Assembly: GCF_006345805.1 (NCBI RefSeq)
Contig: NC_042998.1
Location: 115,692,001 to 115,756,000 of the forward strand
Origin: Octopus sinensis
Taxonomy: Eukaryota
Length of the DNA: 64,000 nt
Direction: 5' to 3'
The translations under genes were made by a program, and so were the position numbers. The notes under the pieces are model-generated. The model saw only the letters and a list, made by a program, of their open reading frames with translations. It was not told the DNA's origin and did not search any database. Shown in pieces: positions 13,082 through 28,101 of the stretch; the first letter of the stretch is position 1; every line of letters starts with the position of its first letter.

Positions 13082-13639
13082 GTGATGATGATTAGAAGGA
13101 AAAGTAAAATTAGAACATGAAGATCAAGAACAAGAAGAACAAAGAGGAGAAAAAGAAAACAAATATTAACAGTAATAAATAAATAAAAAGTTTCTAATTT
13201 TAGTACAGGGTTAACAATTTAGGTTAGCGCGTTAGTCAAATAAATCAATCCCTGAACTTCAGCTGTACTTTGTTTTACGCTATTTTATCGTTACCAGCAG
13301 GTTGAAAGTCAAAGTTGACCTCGGTGCGATTTGAACTCAGAAGCGTAAAGAGCTTGAACAAGCAAGAATTAAAGGGGAATCTGTGAATTCACTGTATAGT
13401 AATGTGGACAATATTAGCGTCATCAAGGACCACTTATCGACAAATGGAAATTTGCTTATGGCTGCAGTCTTACGGCAGCTAATGTAAATATACTTTATCG
13501 TTAAGATGAGACGAACGAGCAATTAGCGTAAATACACTATTTACATGGCAAACACCATCTGTTATGATTTAGTAGGTAGTGATTACGGGGATAGCGTTAA
13601 TGATTAAGGCGGCGGTGGTGGTGACGGTGGTGGTGATGG

Positions 13640-13673
<34 letters not shown>

Positions 13674-14519
13674 AGAGGTGATAACGGTGGTTTGATGGAT
13701 GCTGCTGCTGGAAATGAGGGGTGAGGAAGTTGATGACGATTTAGATAATGATGTTAATAGTGGTGTCGGTAATGATGATAGTGATTATAATGGTGGTGGT
13801 GGTGGTGACGCTGGTGGTGATGGCGATGAGGATGATGATGATGATGATGATGATAGAGGTGATAACGGTGGTTTGATGGATGCTGCTGCTGATGAGGCTA
13901 TTGATGATGATGGTGGTGGTGATGGTGATGATAATGGCGATGATAATAACGATAATGATGATTAGTACCCTTACAGTTCCTTTGCATTTTTTAAAATGGA
14001 ACTTAGGTCTGCATTAGCGAGGTAAAGTGCGATTTAGCCTCCCCTTCAAGTAGTTCAGTTGATTGTATTGAGTAGGGGTCTGTTCTCAACAGGTTCTCAA
14101 CCGGGACCCATATGGCTCCTGGGGATCTATATGAGACTTTTGGGGGTCCACACAGCAAAATAGAAGATTAGGGAACCACAATAGTATTTTAGGATCCTCT
14201 TAAAAACTTTTACATTAGTATGTATTGGTCTCTTTCTCTAAAATTTTACATAGTTCAATCTACACAAGTTAATGTGTGTAAAACAAAATAGGAATTTTGA
14301 AAGAAGTTTCTATAAGACTAGTTTTTCAACAACGAAAGGCTAGGGGGTACCATCAGAATAAAATAATAATCAGAGGAAGCCTTAGGTGGAAAAAAAAAAC
14401 CCTGTTGAAACCCCGTCATATAGAACAACTGTTGTCGGGATGTTGTAGGCCTGAGCCTTACTTCGCCAAATGGTTGTTGTATAAATACCTATCCATATAT
14501 TTTATCCTATACTTTTTTG

Positions 14520-15660
<1,141 letters not shown>

Positions 15661-18001
15661 AAAGAGAAAAGAATGTTATTTTTATCCGACAGAAGTTAAT
15701 TATTTTTGTCGGCTTGTCCATACTACTCCATCTGACATACCGGTCTCTCTCTTTCTCTCCATCTCTTTATTTGTTTATATAATTTAACATAGTGTCCCTG
15801 ATAACTTTTTATTTAAATTACTAAAGAAGTTAAGAACTACTTAAATGAAATATATTTCTTTTTGGGATATCAACTGCAACATTCCTTCCCCATGCCTTCA
15901 CTTGCATTTTCAATTTAGAAAATAACTTTATAATACAAGTATAGAATCTCGCGTTATTTTTAGAAAAAAAGTTACTAACCACCTCTAAACACTGTCTGAC
16001 TTTTGCCGTCCCCTTGTGAGCCCAGATTGCTCCAAAGGGTGCGTGAAAGTCTGACTTTAGAACCACAAGTGTTGAGGTTCTCGATACTGTTGCGCTGCAA
16101 CTGCTTATGATGACGCCGATGATGACGATGATGACGACGTCCACGACGACGACGACGACGACGATGATGATGATGATGATGATGATCACAATGAAGGCGA
16201 TGACGATGATGGTGATAATGATGATGATTAATAATGAAGACTCAATGTTGATGATGACGATGATGACAACAACGACTACGACCTAGTGATGTTGTTGTTG
16301 TTGATGATGATGATGATGTTGATGATGATGATTATAATGGTGGTGGTGGTGGTGGTGGTGGTGGTGGTGATGGTGATGCTAATGATGAGACGACGACAAC
16401 GACAACGACGACGACGATGACGATGATGACGACGATGAAGTTGATGATGATATTCATAATGATGAGAGAAATATTATGGTTGATCTGCATAACAATGAGT
16501 CAGAAAAATGGGAAGCATCATTTGTTAATTAACCTCAGATTACCTTTATTCCCCCTCTCCACGTACTATATTACATGTGTCAGCTTCTAATACGATGGTG
16601 GTGGATGTAACATTGGTGGTGGGGGCGAGATTTGCCTTACTATATCCTACTAGTGGAGTGATCAATTAGAAATAACAATAACACTGGCTTGTCGCGCGGA
16701 AGTAATGGCGATATTTGACAGTTATGGGCACGCTGCTGTGACAGGATGCAAGAACCGGTGAGTGATAATGACATATAAGCGACTGTAGTAGTGGCAGCAG
16801 CAGCAGCAGTAGTAGTAAAAGTAAGGATAACAGCAACAGCATCAGCAGCAACTGTAGTAATTGTAAAAGTAACAACGGCAGTAATAGCAATAGTTATGTT
16901 AGTAGTAGTAGTAGTAGTAGTAGTAGTAAGGTGTTGGTGGTGATGATGGTAGCAATAGTAGTGGCGGCGGCGGTGTTGGTGGTTGTAGTGGTGATGAAGG
17001 AGTTCGTGGTGATGATGGTAGTAGTAGTAGTAGTAGAAGTAGTAGTAGGAGTAGTAGTTGTTGTTGTAGTAATAGTAGTAGTACTAGTAGTTGTTGTTGT
17101 TGCAGTAATAGTAGTAGTAGTAGTAGTAGTAGCAATGGTAGTGGTGGTGGTAGTGAAGGGGGTGGTAATAATAGTGGTAGTGGTAAGGTGATGGTAGTAG
17201 TAATGGTGTTGGTGGTGATGATGGTAGCAATAGTAGTGGCGGTGGTGGTGGTAGTTGTAGTGGTGGTGAAGGAGCTTGTAGTAGTAATGGTGTTCGTGGT
17301 GATGATGGTAGTAGTAGTAGTAGTAGTGGTGGTGGTGGTGGTGGTGGTGGTGGTGGATGGTGATGGTGGCAGTGGTGGTATTAGTACTGCTGGTTGCAGT
17401 AGTGTGTGGTTACAGCAACGATGTTATGACAGTGGTTTGAAGCGAGTGGGCTAATTGAATTATTCATCAGACACCATTAAATTATGTTGGGAAGAGGACA
17501 TTTTTCCCGATCACTTTTAAGTAGAGTCAAATAAATTGCACAAATAAAAATTATTTGAAATACAAAAGAAAAAAAAGAAACTTTAATTTCTTTTTTTTTT
17601 TAAATTCAATAATCGTTAAATTTCATGGCAATAGCTGACGAAAATAATGTTCATTCAAATCATCATCATCATCATCATTGACATCATTATCATCAGCAGC
17701 AGCATCATCATTATCATCATCGTCATCAGCATCATCGTTGTCATCATCATCGTCGTCGTCATCATCGTCATCATCATTATCATCATCATCATCATCATCA
17801 TCATCACCATCACCACCATCATCATCATCATCATCATCTTCGTCATTGTCGTATTCGTTGTCGTCATCGTCATCATCGTCATCGACATCATCGTCTTCAT
17901 CAGCAGAAGCAGTAGTATCAGCAGCAGCAGCAGCAGCAACCGTAGCCGCTTTCATCTCCCCGTATCCCATTTTCTCATCATCCTTTTACTTGTCGGTGTA
18001 A

Positions 18002-18033
<32 letters not shown>

Positions 18034-18143
18034 CTTCTTCTCTTCTTCTTCTTCTTCTTCTTCTTCTTCTTCTTCTTCTTCTTCTTCTTCTTTATGATCG
18101 TCGTCACCATCGTCATCACCGGAGTCATCGACTTCGGTGATGC

Positions 18144-18184
<41 letters not shown>

Positions 18185-19828
18185 ACAGCAGCAGCAGTAG
18201 CAGCAGCTGCTACACCAACAGCAGCAGTAACAACCGCAGCAGTAGCAGTAGAAGCAGCAGCAGCAGCAACGCCAAGATACTCATGCCAGCGATATTTTCT
18301 TTATTGGCCACAAGGGCTGCACATTAAACAAATAGGCACAGCGATAATGCAAGAGCATACATACTTACCCAACAGCTATGTTGTTATTTTTGTTGTTGTT
18401 TTTGTCGATGTTGTTATTGTTGTTGTTGCTGTATAACCCCAGATCAACTCGAATATATCCGAGCTATCGTTATAAGTGTTCCAACCGTGACCATCGCGTA
18501 ATTTTTATATCAGGTTCTATATATTAGACGTGTCGTTTCCTTTTTTAGGGCGGTTAGAGATGCTTGAGTGACGAGGTTGACTGTTATTTCTAGCAGGTCA
18601 ATTAAGATTTAATAAGCATAATACCTTATGGCCCCTCGGTTCGCTGCAACAATGTCGTACTTGGTACTGGCTGATGCTTGCTAACCTTCTTATGATTGCG
18701 CTAAATTCTCCCCACCGCGATGGCGAAGATCACTGCGACGGTGAGATGACTTCCAAGTTTACACGCTGGGAACTCAGTATATTTACTGATAAGAAAGAGG
18801 TCGACAGTTTTCGAAACGGAGACTTCAATTTTACGGATGAAACATTGTTTTAGATACTGCTTTTCTGTCAGATTGATCTCCGATCATCAGCTGTCTTATT
18901 TCAGAAGGCGTTCATAAAAGCGAACTGAATTAAAAGGAAGAACATTTTTTTTAAATCTTAAATTAAGGGTAATATAACTCTTATCCAGGAGCCAACTATC
19001 GGCAGCGTAGCTGGGAGTGAAGTGTGGTGAGCGGGGATGTCCACGCTTTTATAGTGGCAGTACTTGAAACTTAAACTAGATGTAAATATAGATTTGAAAT
19101 TTTGGCACAATGCCCGCAATTTCGGGAAAGAGAAGCTTAGTGCTCAACTGCTATTTGTTTTATCGATCCTCGCAAGGCAAAGTCGACCTCGGTGGCATTT
19201 GAACTCAGATCGTAAAGAGGGACGAAATGCAGCTGAACATTTGGCCGGCGTGCTAACGATTCTGCCTTTAATTACATGTAAATAATAACATGTAAATATT
19301 AAAAATACATATATTTCACACACATCCAACCATAAAGTTAAATGTCTAAGCAATTAAAATATTATAAACGGCAACTTGCATTCGGCATTTCTACATTTAA
19401 TTTACTGCATTGAATTTACTAATATAATATACTAATGTACTGATTGCTGTTTCTCTGATTACTATGAGAATTTGTTTAGCTATCGTTCATGGTTTTTAGA
19501 AAGAAAAGAAATTCAAGTTTTAAAAGTCATTCTAGTGTGTAATATTTGCAAATCTCTCACAATGTACCATAGCAAATAAAACATTGTTATTTACTTATTC
19601 ATTACAGGCTTTTAATGGTCTCATAAACTGTGCCGTAAATCCCCAACATATGATAACAGTTAGTAATCTGGTAATGGGTATTTAATTTTGAGAACCGATG
19701 TTCTGCAGTCTGACATGCAAAACTTATTTATATTGTGGCTTGATAACCAATACTCAGTGGTTAACCAGTACTCAACTGACAACTACTAATTTATAATCTG
19801 AAAGTTCAGACTCATCACAGAAGGCTTA

Positions 19829-21109
19829 CGAGGGGCGTTCAATAAGTAATGCCGCTGATCCACTTCCCATAGCAGTAGAGCAACGAAACTTGGCACAGTT
19901 ATTAGTCTTTTTCTACATATGAAAAACTCAGAGTTACGCATTTCTCCCATTGTTTGATGCAGCTCTGGAGACCGTTTTCGTAGAAGACCCCAGCTTGGTC
20001 CTCCAACCACGACGTGACTTCAGAAATCAAGGCTGCATCATCTGGGAAACGCTTTCCTTTCAAAAACAACTTCATGGCTGGGAAGAGGTGAAAATCAGAG
20101 GGTGTAAGGTCAGGATGGGGGAAGAGTTCATAGCCGCACGCCTGTGCTTCTGATCTGGTGACACGCGAGTTGTGGACCGGAGCGTTGTCCTGCAGGAGGA
20201 GGATGCCTTTGCTGATCTTGCCCCGCCTCTTTGTTTTGATAGCTTCTCTTAATTTCCTCAAAAGTGAAGCATGATAGGCTCCTGTAATTGTGGTACCCTT
20301 TGCCAGGAAATCTGTCATCACTACTCCGTCCTGGTCCCAGAAGACTGTGAGCATGACCTTGCCAGCGGAGGGCTGCACCCTTGCCTCCTTTGGAGGAGGT
20401 GAGTCATGGTGCTTCCACTGCATTGACTGGGCTTTGGTCTCTGGATCATAGTGATGGACCCAGGTCTCATCCTATGTAATCAGTCTTTTGAAAAATTTTG
20501 ACTCATCTTCTTGGCACATGCCTAAATTCATTCTCGAGCACTCGACGCGTTCTTGCTTCTGGAAAAGTGTGAGCAACCTGGAAATCCATCTGGCAGACAC
20601 CTTTTGCATATGCAAATGGTCATGAATGATAGTTTCCACAGACCTGGTACTAATCTTGACCTCATGGGCTATTTGGCGAATAATTATGCGTCGATCTTTC
20701 AAAATGGCAGCCTCAACTTGACGGACAGATGCCTCATCAATGGCAGAAGGGGTGCGACCAGATCTGGGAGCTGTTTCCACAGAGTTCCGACCATGTTTGA
20801 ATTCACGATGCCAGCGTTTTACGAGGTCATATGATGGGGCATCATCACCATAAGTTACTTTCATTTCATCAAAAGTCTCCTGTGGTGTGCGTCATTTCAA
20901 ATACAAAAACCGGATCACTGCTCGATACTCAACAGGCTCCATTTCCCACCTGGCTCATTTCAAACACCTGTAAATCAGAAACCACATTTATTTCGGAGCT
21001 GTAATTTGCCACTTAATCTATAGAAATATAAATAATTGCACATGCAAAATTTCAGCTAGATCAAACAACGGCAAGTGGGTCAGAGGCATTACTTATTGAA
21101 CGCCCCTCG
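19829..21109 (-). mobile_element. Full-length mariner (DD34D) DNA transposon, inactive
   Basis: TA-flanked ~38-bp TIRs (CGAGGGGCGTTCAATAAGTAATGCC..., 2 mismatches); 1281 bp long; transposase on the minus strand. Confidence 0.97.
19902..20942 (-). pseudogene. Mariner transposase pseudogene
   Basis: One frame, MEPVEYRAVIRFL...WISRLLT...LIT*DETW...LLQDNAP...HPDLTPSDFHLF, with two nonsense codons and a 12-bp in-frame loss in the HPPYSPDL motif. D-to-D spacing is 30, or 34 with the four residues restored. Confidence 0.93.
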
Positions 21110-22942
21110 TACAATATACTGGGAGGTAGTCGAACAGTGGAGAAACCGAGGCTAGTGAGATTGCTGTGAGTCATTTGAAGTTGGCAGCCAGAGGTTTGCG
21201 TGGCGTTCATTTTGTAAAGCTCAAACATATGCAGCATAGAGATGAAGCATAATCTCCATCACCACCCATCACCGAAAAACTGTAGAAGCTAAAACCACTG
21301 GGTGGTTTTTAATAAATAAAAAAAAGTGGGCTGGTTCTCTACTTGTTTCGTTTGGGATGCATGCCCGGATTTGATCAACCCAGGCTGAAGGATCCGATAT
21401 TGATAATATACGACACCAGAGATATCCTTGATAATGCATTCCATACCATCATGGAAGTGGTTCTTGAAACCAAACTCAACCGTTTCTTAACAAACCATGC
21501 TAATCCGTTAACAAACATTTAAGTGTACAATAAGCAACCTATTGAATACTCGTAGCCAATCTTTAACAATCTGGTCAGCAATATTTAATGAACTGATAAC
21601 CAATATTTAATGGCCAAATATCAATATTTGATGGCCTGATAAGAGACATTTAGCGTGTACGTGACAGCAAAGCTTAAATGAAATTCAATGATATACTGTT
21701 CAAATATTAGAGAAGGAACTGCTGCTCCACATACTACCATCTTCTGCTCACTCGCAGCCTTCCTTTCTTTCGTCATCCGTGTTGTGTCCATCTCAAAACT
21801 CCGCATTAATCACTAAGTCAAGTTCTTCCTACTGTAGTATTAGCCAAATCAATGCGTTGAGCTGGAGGAGTTGATATCACGCCGAACAAAATGCTAAGCA
21901 GTATTTTGTCTGTCCTTTCTTTCGGATTTCAAATTCCGTCGAGATCGACTTCGCATTTCATCCTTTCGAAATCGATAGAATAAGTACCAGTTGGCGCACT
22001 GGAGGTGAATGAAATTGACTTACTCCTTACCACATATTGCTAGCATTGCGTCAAAATTTGAAACTAATGTTAAACAAATCAATCTCACTGGTGTCGGAGA
22101 GGTTTTGAAAGCAATGGGCCCAACCAACGCCTCTACCCCTGAGTCAATGCCAATGATCCTTTCTACTATAAGCATAAGGCCTAAAAAGTCAATACAAATA
22201 ATAAAAACAAATTCCGACCTTTAACTGCCCGTTTAGAAGTAGTACTCAACTCACGGATCAGTATCGGCGTAGGCATGGATGTGTGGTTAAGAAATAAACT
22301 TCACAACTACGTAGTTTCATGTTCAATGCCACTGACGTGGATCAACCAAAGTTTTGTGACTGAAATTTGTGGAAGCGTAAGTGAGACGCATTTGCTATTC
22401 TTGGGCTGTAATGTTTGATTCTTTGCCCGATTTAACACCGCTAACTCACTTACGAACCTTTCTCAAGGTCACTCTATTGTACGCATTTGTATCAGATCTT
22501 CGAGGATAAATTGTGGATAATCTCCTCCCATAATCGCAAAGATCCTAGAAAAGATCATCGATGCTATCTGGGTTTTTTGGGTTTTTTTTTCTATGACTAA
22601 ACCATTAAACATACATACTCACTAACTGACATGCATACATACATACATACATACATACATACATCATCATACATATATTTTCAATTACTTGTTTCAGTCA
22701 TTTGACTGCGGCCATGCTGGAGCACCGCCTTTAGTCGAAAGAAATCGACCCCAGGACTTATTCTTTGTAAGCCTGGTGTTTATTCTGCCGATCACTTGTG
22801 CCAAACTGCTAAGTTACGGGGACGTAAACACACCAACAACAATTGTCAAACGATGGTGGATGGACAGACACAGATACAGACACACACACACACACACACA
22901 CACACCACACACACACACACACACACTCACACACACACATAC

Positions 22943-22979
<37 letters not shown>

Positions 22980-23002
22980 CATACATATATATATATATAT
23001 AC

Positions 23003-23058
<56 letters not shown>

Positions 23059-23069
23059 TAATATATAAA

Positions 23070-23401
23070 GACCCCCTTCGGTCATGAATGACCATGGGAT
23101 TGCACCTAGAAAGTTACCCTCCTAGACACAAGTCCGGGCAAGGTTGTTTATGGAAGGCCAGCAGTCGCCCATGCATATCAGCCTCCCCTCTTCACGCCAC
23201 CGATGTCTTCCAAGGAAAAGGCAAAGGTCGATACAGCTTGGCACCAGTGACGTCACAACTCATTTCTACAGCTGAGTGAACTGGAGCAACGTGAAATAAA
23301 GTGCCTTGCTCGAGAACACAACACGCAGCCCGGTCCGGGATTCGAGCTCACAACCTCACGATCGTAAGCTCGACGCTCTAACCACTGAGCCATGCGCCTT
23401 C
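23070..23401 (-). mobile_element. tRNA-derived SINE, same family as 10496-10827
   Basis: Reverse complement aligns end to end with 10496-10827; flanked by (TA)n. Confidence 0.92.
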
Positions 23402-23517
23402 ACTATATATATATATATATATATTTCAACAATTGAGGGTAAAATTAATTAGTTATTAATCAATTTCACCAAGTATTCAGTATGTAAAAGGACCATTTAA
23501 GGCGAATTCAAAATATT

Positions 23518-24181
23518 ACATTAATATAAAAGGGCTTAGTAAAATAAATTACTTTGCCACATACTGAACTCATTAGAAATAGCAGCCAAAAAAGTTTTTT
23601 AGCTATTTCTAATACTTAAAGAAAATTTCTCTCAGATAGTGTTTACTCAGAATAACCCACGAAGGTATGGGGGTAAAAAACATTAAAAAATCACAAGTGC
23701 AAAGATTATTTGAGAACGTTACGTTTCTAGATCAGCCAAATAAAATTCGACATTTCTTTCGTCAGCCCAAAATTTCTTAATTTGGATTTGGAAACACTGA
23801 AAGTAGGAACATTCACTTGCATATTTTGAATTTGTTGGCACTGTCAGTTTGAGCGGGTCGTCTGAGGTGTTAAGTCGCCAAAAGGGTATGTTCCTACTTT
23901 CAGTGTTTGCAAATCCAAATTAAGAAATTTTGGGCTGACGAAAGAAATGTCGAATTTTATTTGGCTGATCTAGAAACGTAACGTTCTCAAATAATCTTTG
24001 CACTTGTGATTTTTTAATGTTTTTTACCCCCATACCTTCGTGGGTTATTCTGAGTAAACACTATCTGAGAGAAATTTTCTTTAAGTATTAGAAATAGCTA
24101 AAAAACTTTTTTGGCTGCTATTTCTAATGAGTTCAGTATGTGGCAAAGTAATTTATTTTACTAAGCCCTTTTATATTAATG

Positions 24182-24182
<1 letters not shown>
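23518..24182. repeat. Fold-back element: 295-bp inverted arms (23518-23812, 23888-24182) with a 75-bp spacer
   Basis: Base-by-base comparison shows a single mismatch between the arms; flanked by (TA)n, with ~95 bp of unpaired sequence on the left. Confidence 0.97.
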
Positions 24183-24254
<72 letters not shown>

Positions 24255-24444
24255 TATATATATATATATACAACGGGTTTCACTCAGTTTCCGTGTACCA
24301 AATCCACTCACACGGGTTGGTCGGCCCGTAGCTATAGTAGAAGACACTTGCCTAAAGTACGACTATATATACCATCACTATATTCCTCTTTCTTTCAGTG
24401 AGACTGAATCCAGAACCATGTAGTTTGGAAGCAAGTTTCTTACC

Positions 24445-24496
24445 ACATAGCAACGTCTGCGCCTATATATATATATAGGCGCAGACGTTGCTATGT
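24445..24496. repeat. Perfect 52-bp palindrome: SINE 5' end mirrored across (TA)7
   Basis: acatagcaacgtctgcgcc-(TA)7-ggcgcagacgttgctatgt. Confidence 0.95.
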
Positions 24497-25148
24497 AAAA
24501 TATCTATATATCATGTTTATGTGTGTGCGTGTGAGTGAGTGAGTGAATAAGTGAGTGAGTGAATGAGTGAGTGAGTGAGTGAGTGAGTGAGTGAGTGAGT
24601 GAGTGTATGTGTGCGTATGAATGGGCTTGTGTGCATAATATAGTACATTTAAGACAGTTTGACATTACACATAGCGTCTTCGCTAGATATATATGAAATA
24701 ATTTTTTATTATTTAGCTCTGATGAAGTGATAGGTACATCCGCTCATGAAAACTGCTCTATCTTGAATAAAGAGAGGAAATCGAGGCAGGTGATCCCCAC
24801 GTTAAAAATTTCTCCAGTTTAGCTGAGGGAGAATATCTTTGCATACCGAATTCAAGCACAGTAGGATCTTATGCTTAACATGGGGTGTCGAAAGTCTTCC
24901 AGTAAATAAATTTCTGCATGCTTTTATTACACACAACAAATTCATACAGAATTACTTAAAAATCTAGGAGCAATATGCAGATATGATATCCCCCAATAAT
25001 ATCAACTAACCGGAAATAGAGTAAATGTTGTAATGTGAAGAGTTTAGGGGTCTGGAGCAACTTATGAAAGTAATGGACATGTTTCTGTATTATTTGACCT
25101 CTTCAGCATATTATACTGATACTAAGTGTACTATTATACATAGTGATG

Positions 25149-25278
<130 letters not shown>

Positions 25279-25689
25279 TCAAGAAATGACAGCAATGCAG
25301 TGACACTGAGTATAGATATAAATAATAAATATTTATAATCAACATTATTATATATTTCCTCTTTCTTTGTTTGTTTCTCTCTCTCTCTTTCTCTCTCTCT
25401 CACTCTCTCTCGTCGTATGTGTATATATATATACATACACAAGCACGCACACACATACATATACACGCATATTGTCCCTACAGTTTCAAGTAGGTTGAGG
25501 CACCACGAACAAAATTCCTCTTTGGGTTGATCTCCCACGTGTTTCAAGTAATGTAGACGTAGTATTAGTGACACCGGCAGCATCAACAACCGCAGCATCA
25601 GCAGTACCACCTCAGCAACATCAGCAGCATCAGCATTAGCATTACCATCATCATCATCAGCAGTACCAGCAGTAGAAGCAGCAGCAGTG

Positions 25690-25750
<61 letters not shown>

Positions 25751-28101
25751 AATTCAGACTGGTCGTTCCTGACGAAAGGCACACCTTAAACGTAGTTGGA
25801 ACCACTTCCTGACGACTGACTCTTCATTTTAGGTCCAGAGAACAAAGCAGACTTCGGCATATATAGTCACACTACAAAGCTACAGAGCATGCAACACTGC
25901 TCTTCATTTGTGACCCACAAAGGAGTATTGCTATCACATCTTGGACAGTCTGCTACTACACAAACAGACACCCTTACACCGCATTCAAAAAAAATGGCCA
26001 CGTGATAGATTGACATAAGGTGATTCACAGACTTGCTCCAGCGCACAGCCCACAGGCGCGCTATCTCCACCCTTTGCATTTTATACCTCTCCTCGGGGAT
26101 AGCTGGGTTCAATTCATCTCCACTCAATCCTTCCCGTGGTATTCACCTCTCCCTCTCTCATCACACTCACTGTGTCCAATCCTCTAGGCACTACTTTTCT
26201 CTTCCACAAAAGTTGGATCTTTAGAATTTCCTTCCAGTTCAGACAGAGTTCATTTACAAAGGCTGAAAGTGGGGTCTATAAGGGCTTGTAAGAGTCATGG
26301 GTACTTTCCCCTTCCTTCAGACCCAGCAAATATAAAGGAACAAAAGAAACATGAGTATGATTACGTCTTTCCGGACCAATTTTTCTTAAGGCGTATGAGT
26401 ATGTATCTGGGTGTGTGTGTGTTTGTGAGTGTGCATGCGTGTGTATGTGTGTGTGTGTGCGTGTGGGCGCGCGTGTGCGTGCTTGTGTGTGTGTCAAGAT
26501 GAGTCAAACGTTACCCTCGTCATGTAAAGCTTGCTGATTTGTATTTATAAAAACATATGGAGAAACAGTTTACATAAAAATCTCGATATCATGTTAACAT
26601 TCTAGCAATTATAATAGCTTTTCTGTTTGGGAAGTTTATTATATTTTTACTTTACAAAACTAAGTCTGGGATATACGAAATTTGAGACGTCTAAAATAAC
26701 GTAATTCGCATCTAAACAATAGGTCTTAAGGGGATCATTGAGGGGAACATTCTGCATACTAAAGGCACATACGTCAGTATTTATACGTAAGATAGTGAGT
26801 TGAAAAATGTTTAAGTTGTTGAGATTATCCACGTGATTTGTAGTTAAAAACTACATGTAAATTTGCTTAAACTCTGAAACCACAACTCCAATAATATCAG
26901 AAAAAACGGAAACACATCCAAGGGGAGTTTTTGGTTATTGATAATACAGATAATCTTAGCGAACTGAAGTTTTATTAAGTTACTATATCGCATAAGTGAA
27001 ACTCTACAGTATTTGTAATTATTGTACGAAGCAGTAGCCTGGGGTTTTTCCTCCTCTGCTCTTGTTTTCATATTGATTATTAGTGTAACTGTACTCCCTC
27101 TATTTCTATATATGGCAATTATTTCTCACAATTGCCAGATGCATAGAATGCGCTTCATTAAGGGGTTATAATAACTTACTTTCATGTTCTCTCTCTATAT
27201 TTTTCAGGATTTCAAAAATTCTATTTTGAGTATACCCTCACACTATCAAAATTATATCCTTTTCTTGTTTTTAAATTTTATGTATTACTAGAAGTTTTCA
27301 TCCAGTAAATTCGTGGATAAATCGATGTTTATCGCTTCATTTTGATGCATTGAGAGACTTTACTATATGAACACTTAAATAGCTTGTTAATATCCCATTT
27401 TTCAAACGGTTGCAATTTAACCTGCTGAAATTTTGTTTCAATAAAATTGACAATAGAGAAAGAACAGCGTCTACGATCTGTTCAGTTCTTTGATACTAAT
27501 CCTTAGTTTGAATACCAGCAAGTTAATGTTTTAGTAAAAATGTTATCGAAGTATGCTGTAAAAAACATATTGTCGTCAATACAGATTAACTACATTAGTT
27601 AATATTCTTCCCTAGCATCATTGTGTTATCACCGAAGCCTTCATCATTGATTTTCTTTCCTTAAATAACTGCATTAATTCGCCACTTTTTAAAACAAGTA
27701 ACACATCGCCAGAGTCTTTGCATTTGAATTCTTTGTACAACTAACTATTATTCCATAATTTTGTTATAACTGTCAAGTCACTAAAAATTAGTCTTTGAAT
27801 TTTCATTGGCAAAAGAATGGTATTACTCTATATTTAATTATAGTCATGTCATAGACGGCGTGGCATTTGATTTCTTCTTTTACAAATAATTTCATTAGCC
27901 CTTGTTCGGAGAGAGTGGAGCATTAGGGCGTCACATCAAATTTGGTATTTAGATTTCAATGGGCCCATAACTACACGAACCCATTTTATTAAACTAAATT
28001 AAACTGACCCCATTACTTGACTTATAATATGCCAATGATCCAAAAATGGAGCTGATGCGGCCTGCTATTTCGCCAGGTATAACACTTATCGCTTGTAATA
28101 A

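Larger units (their letters stand above)
22690..24464 (-). mobile_element. Bipartite SINE (head 24271-24464, tail 22690-22860) with nested SINE and fold-back element
   Basis: Tail tttcagtcatttgactgcggccatgctggagcaccgcc...; head ...cagtttccgt-taccaaatccactcac...gcgcct; CA/TA microsatellites between. Confidence 0.72.
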
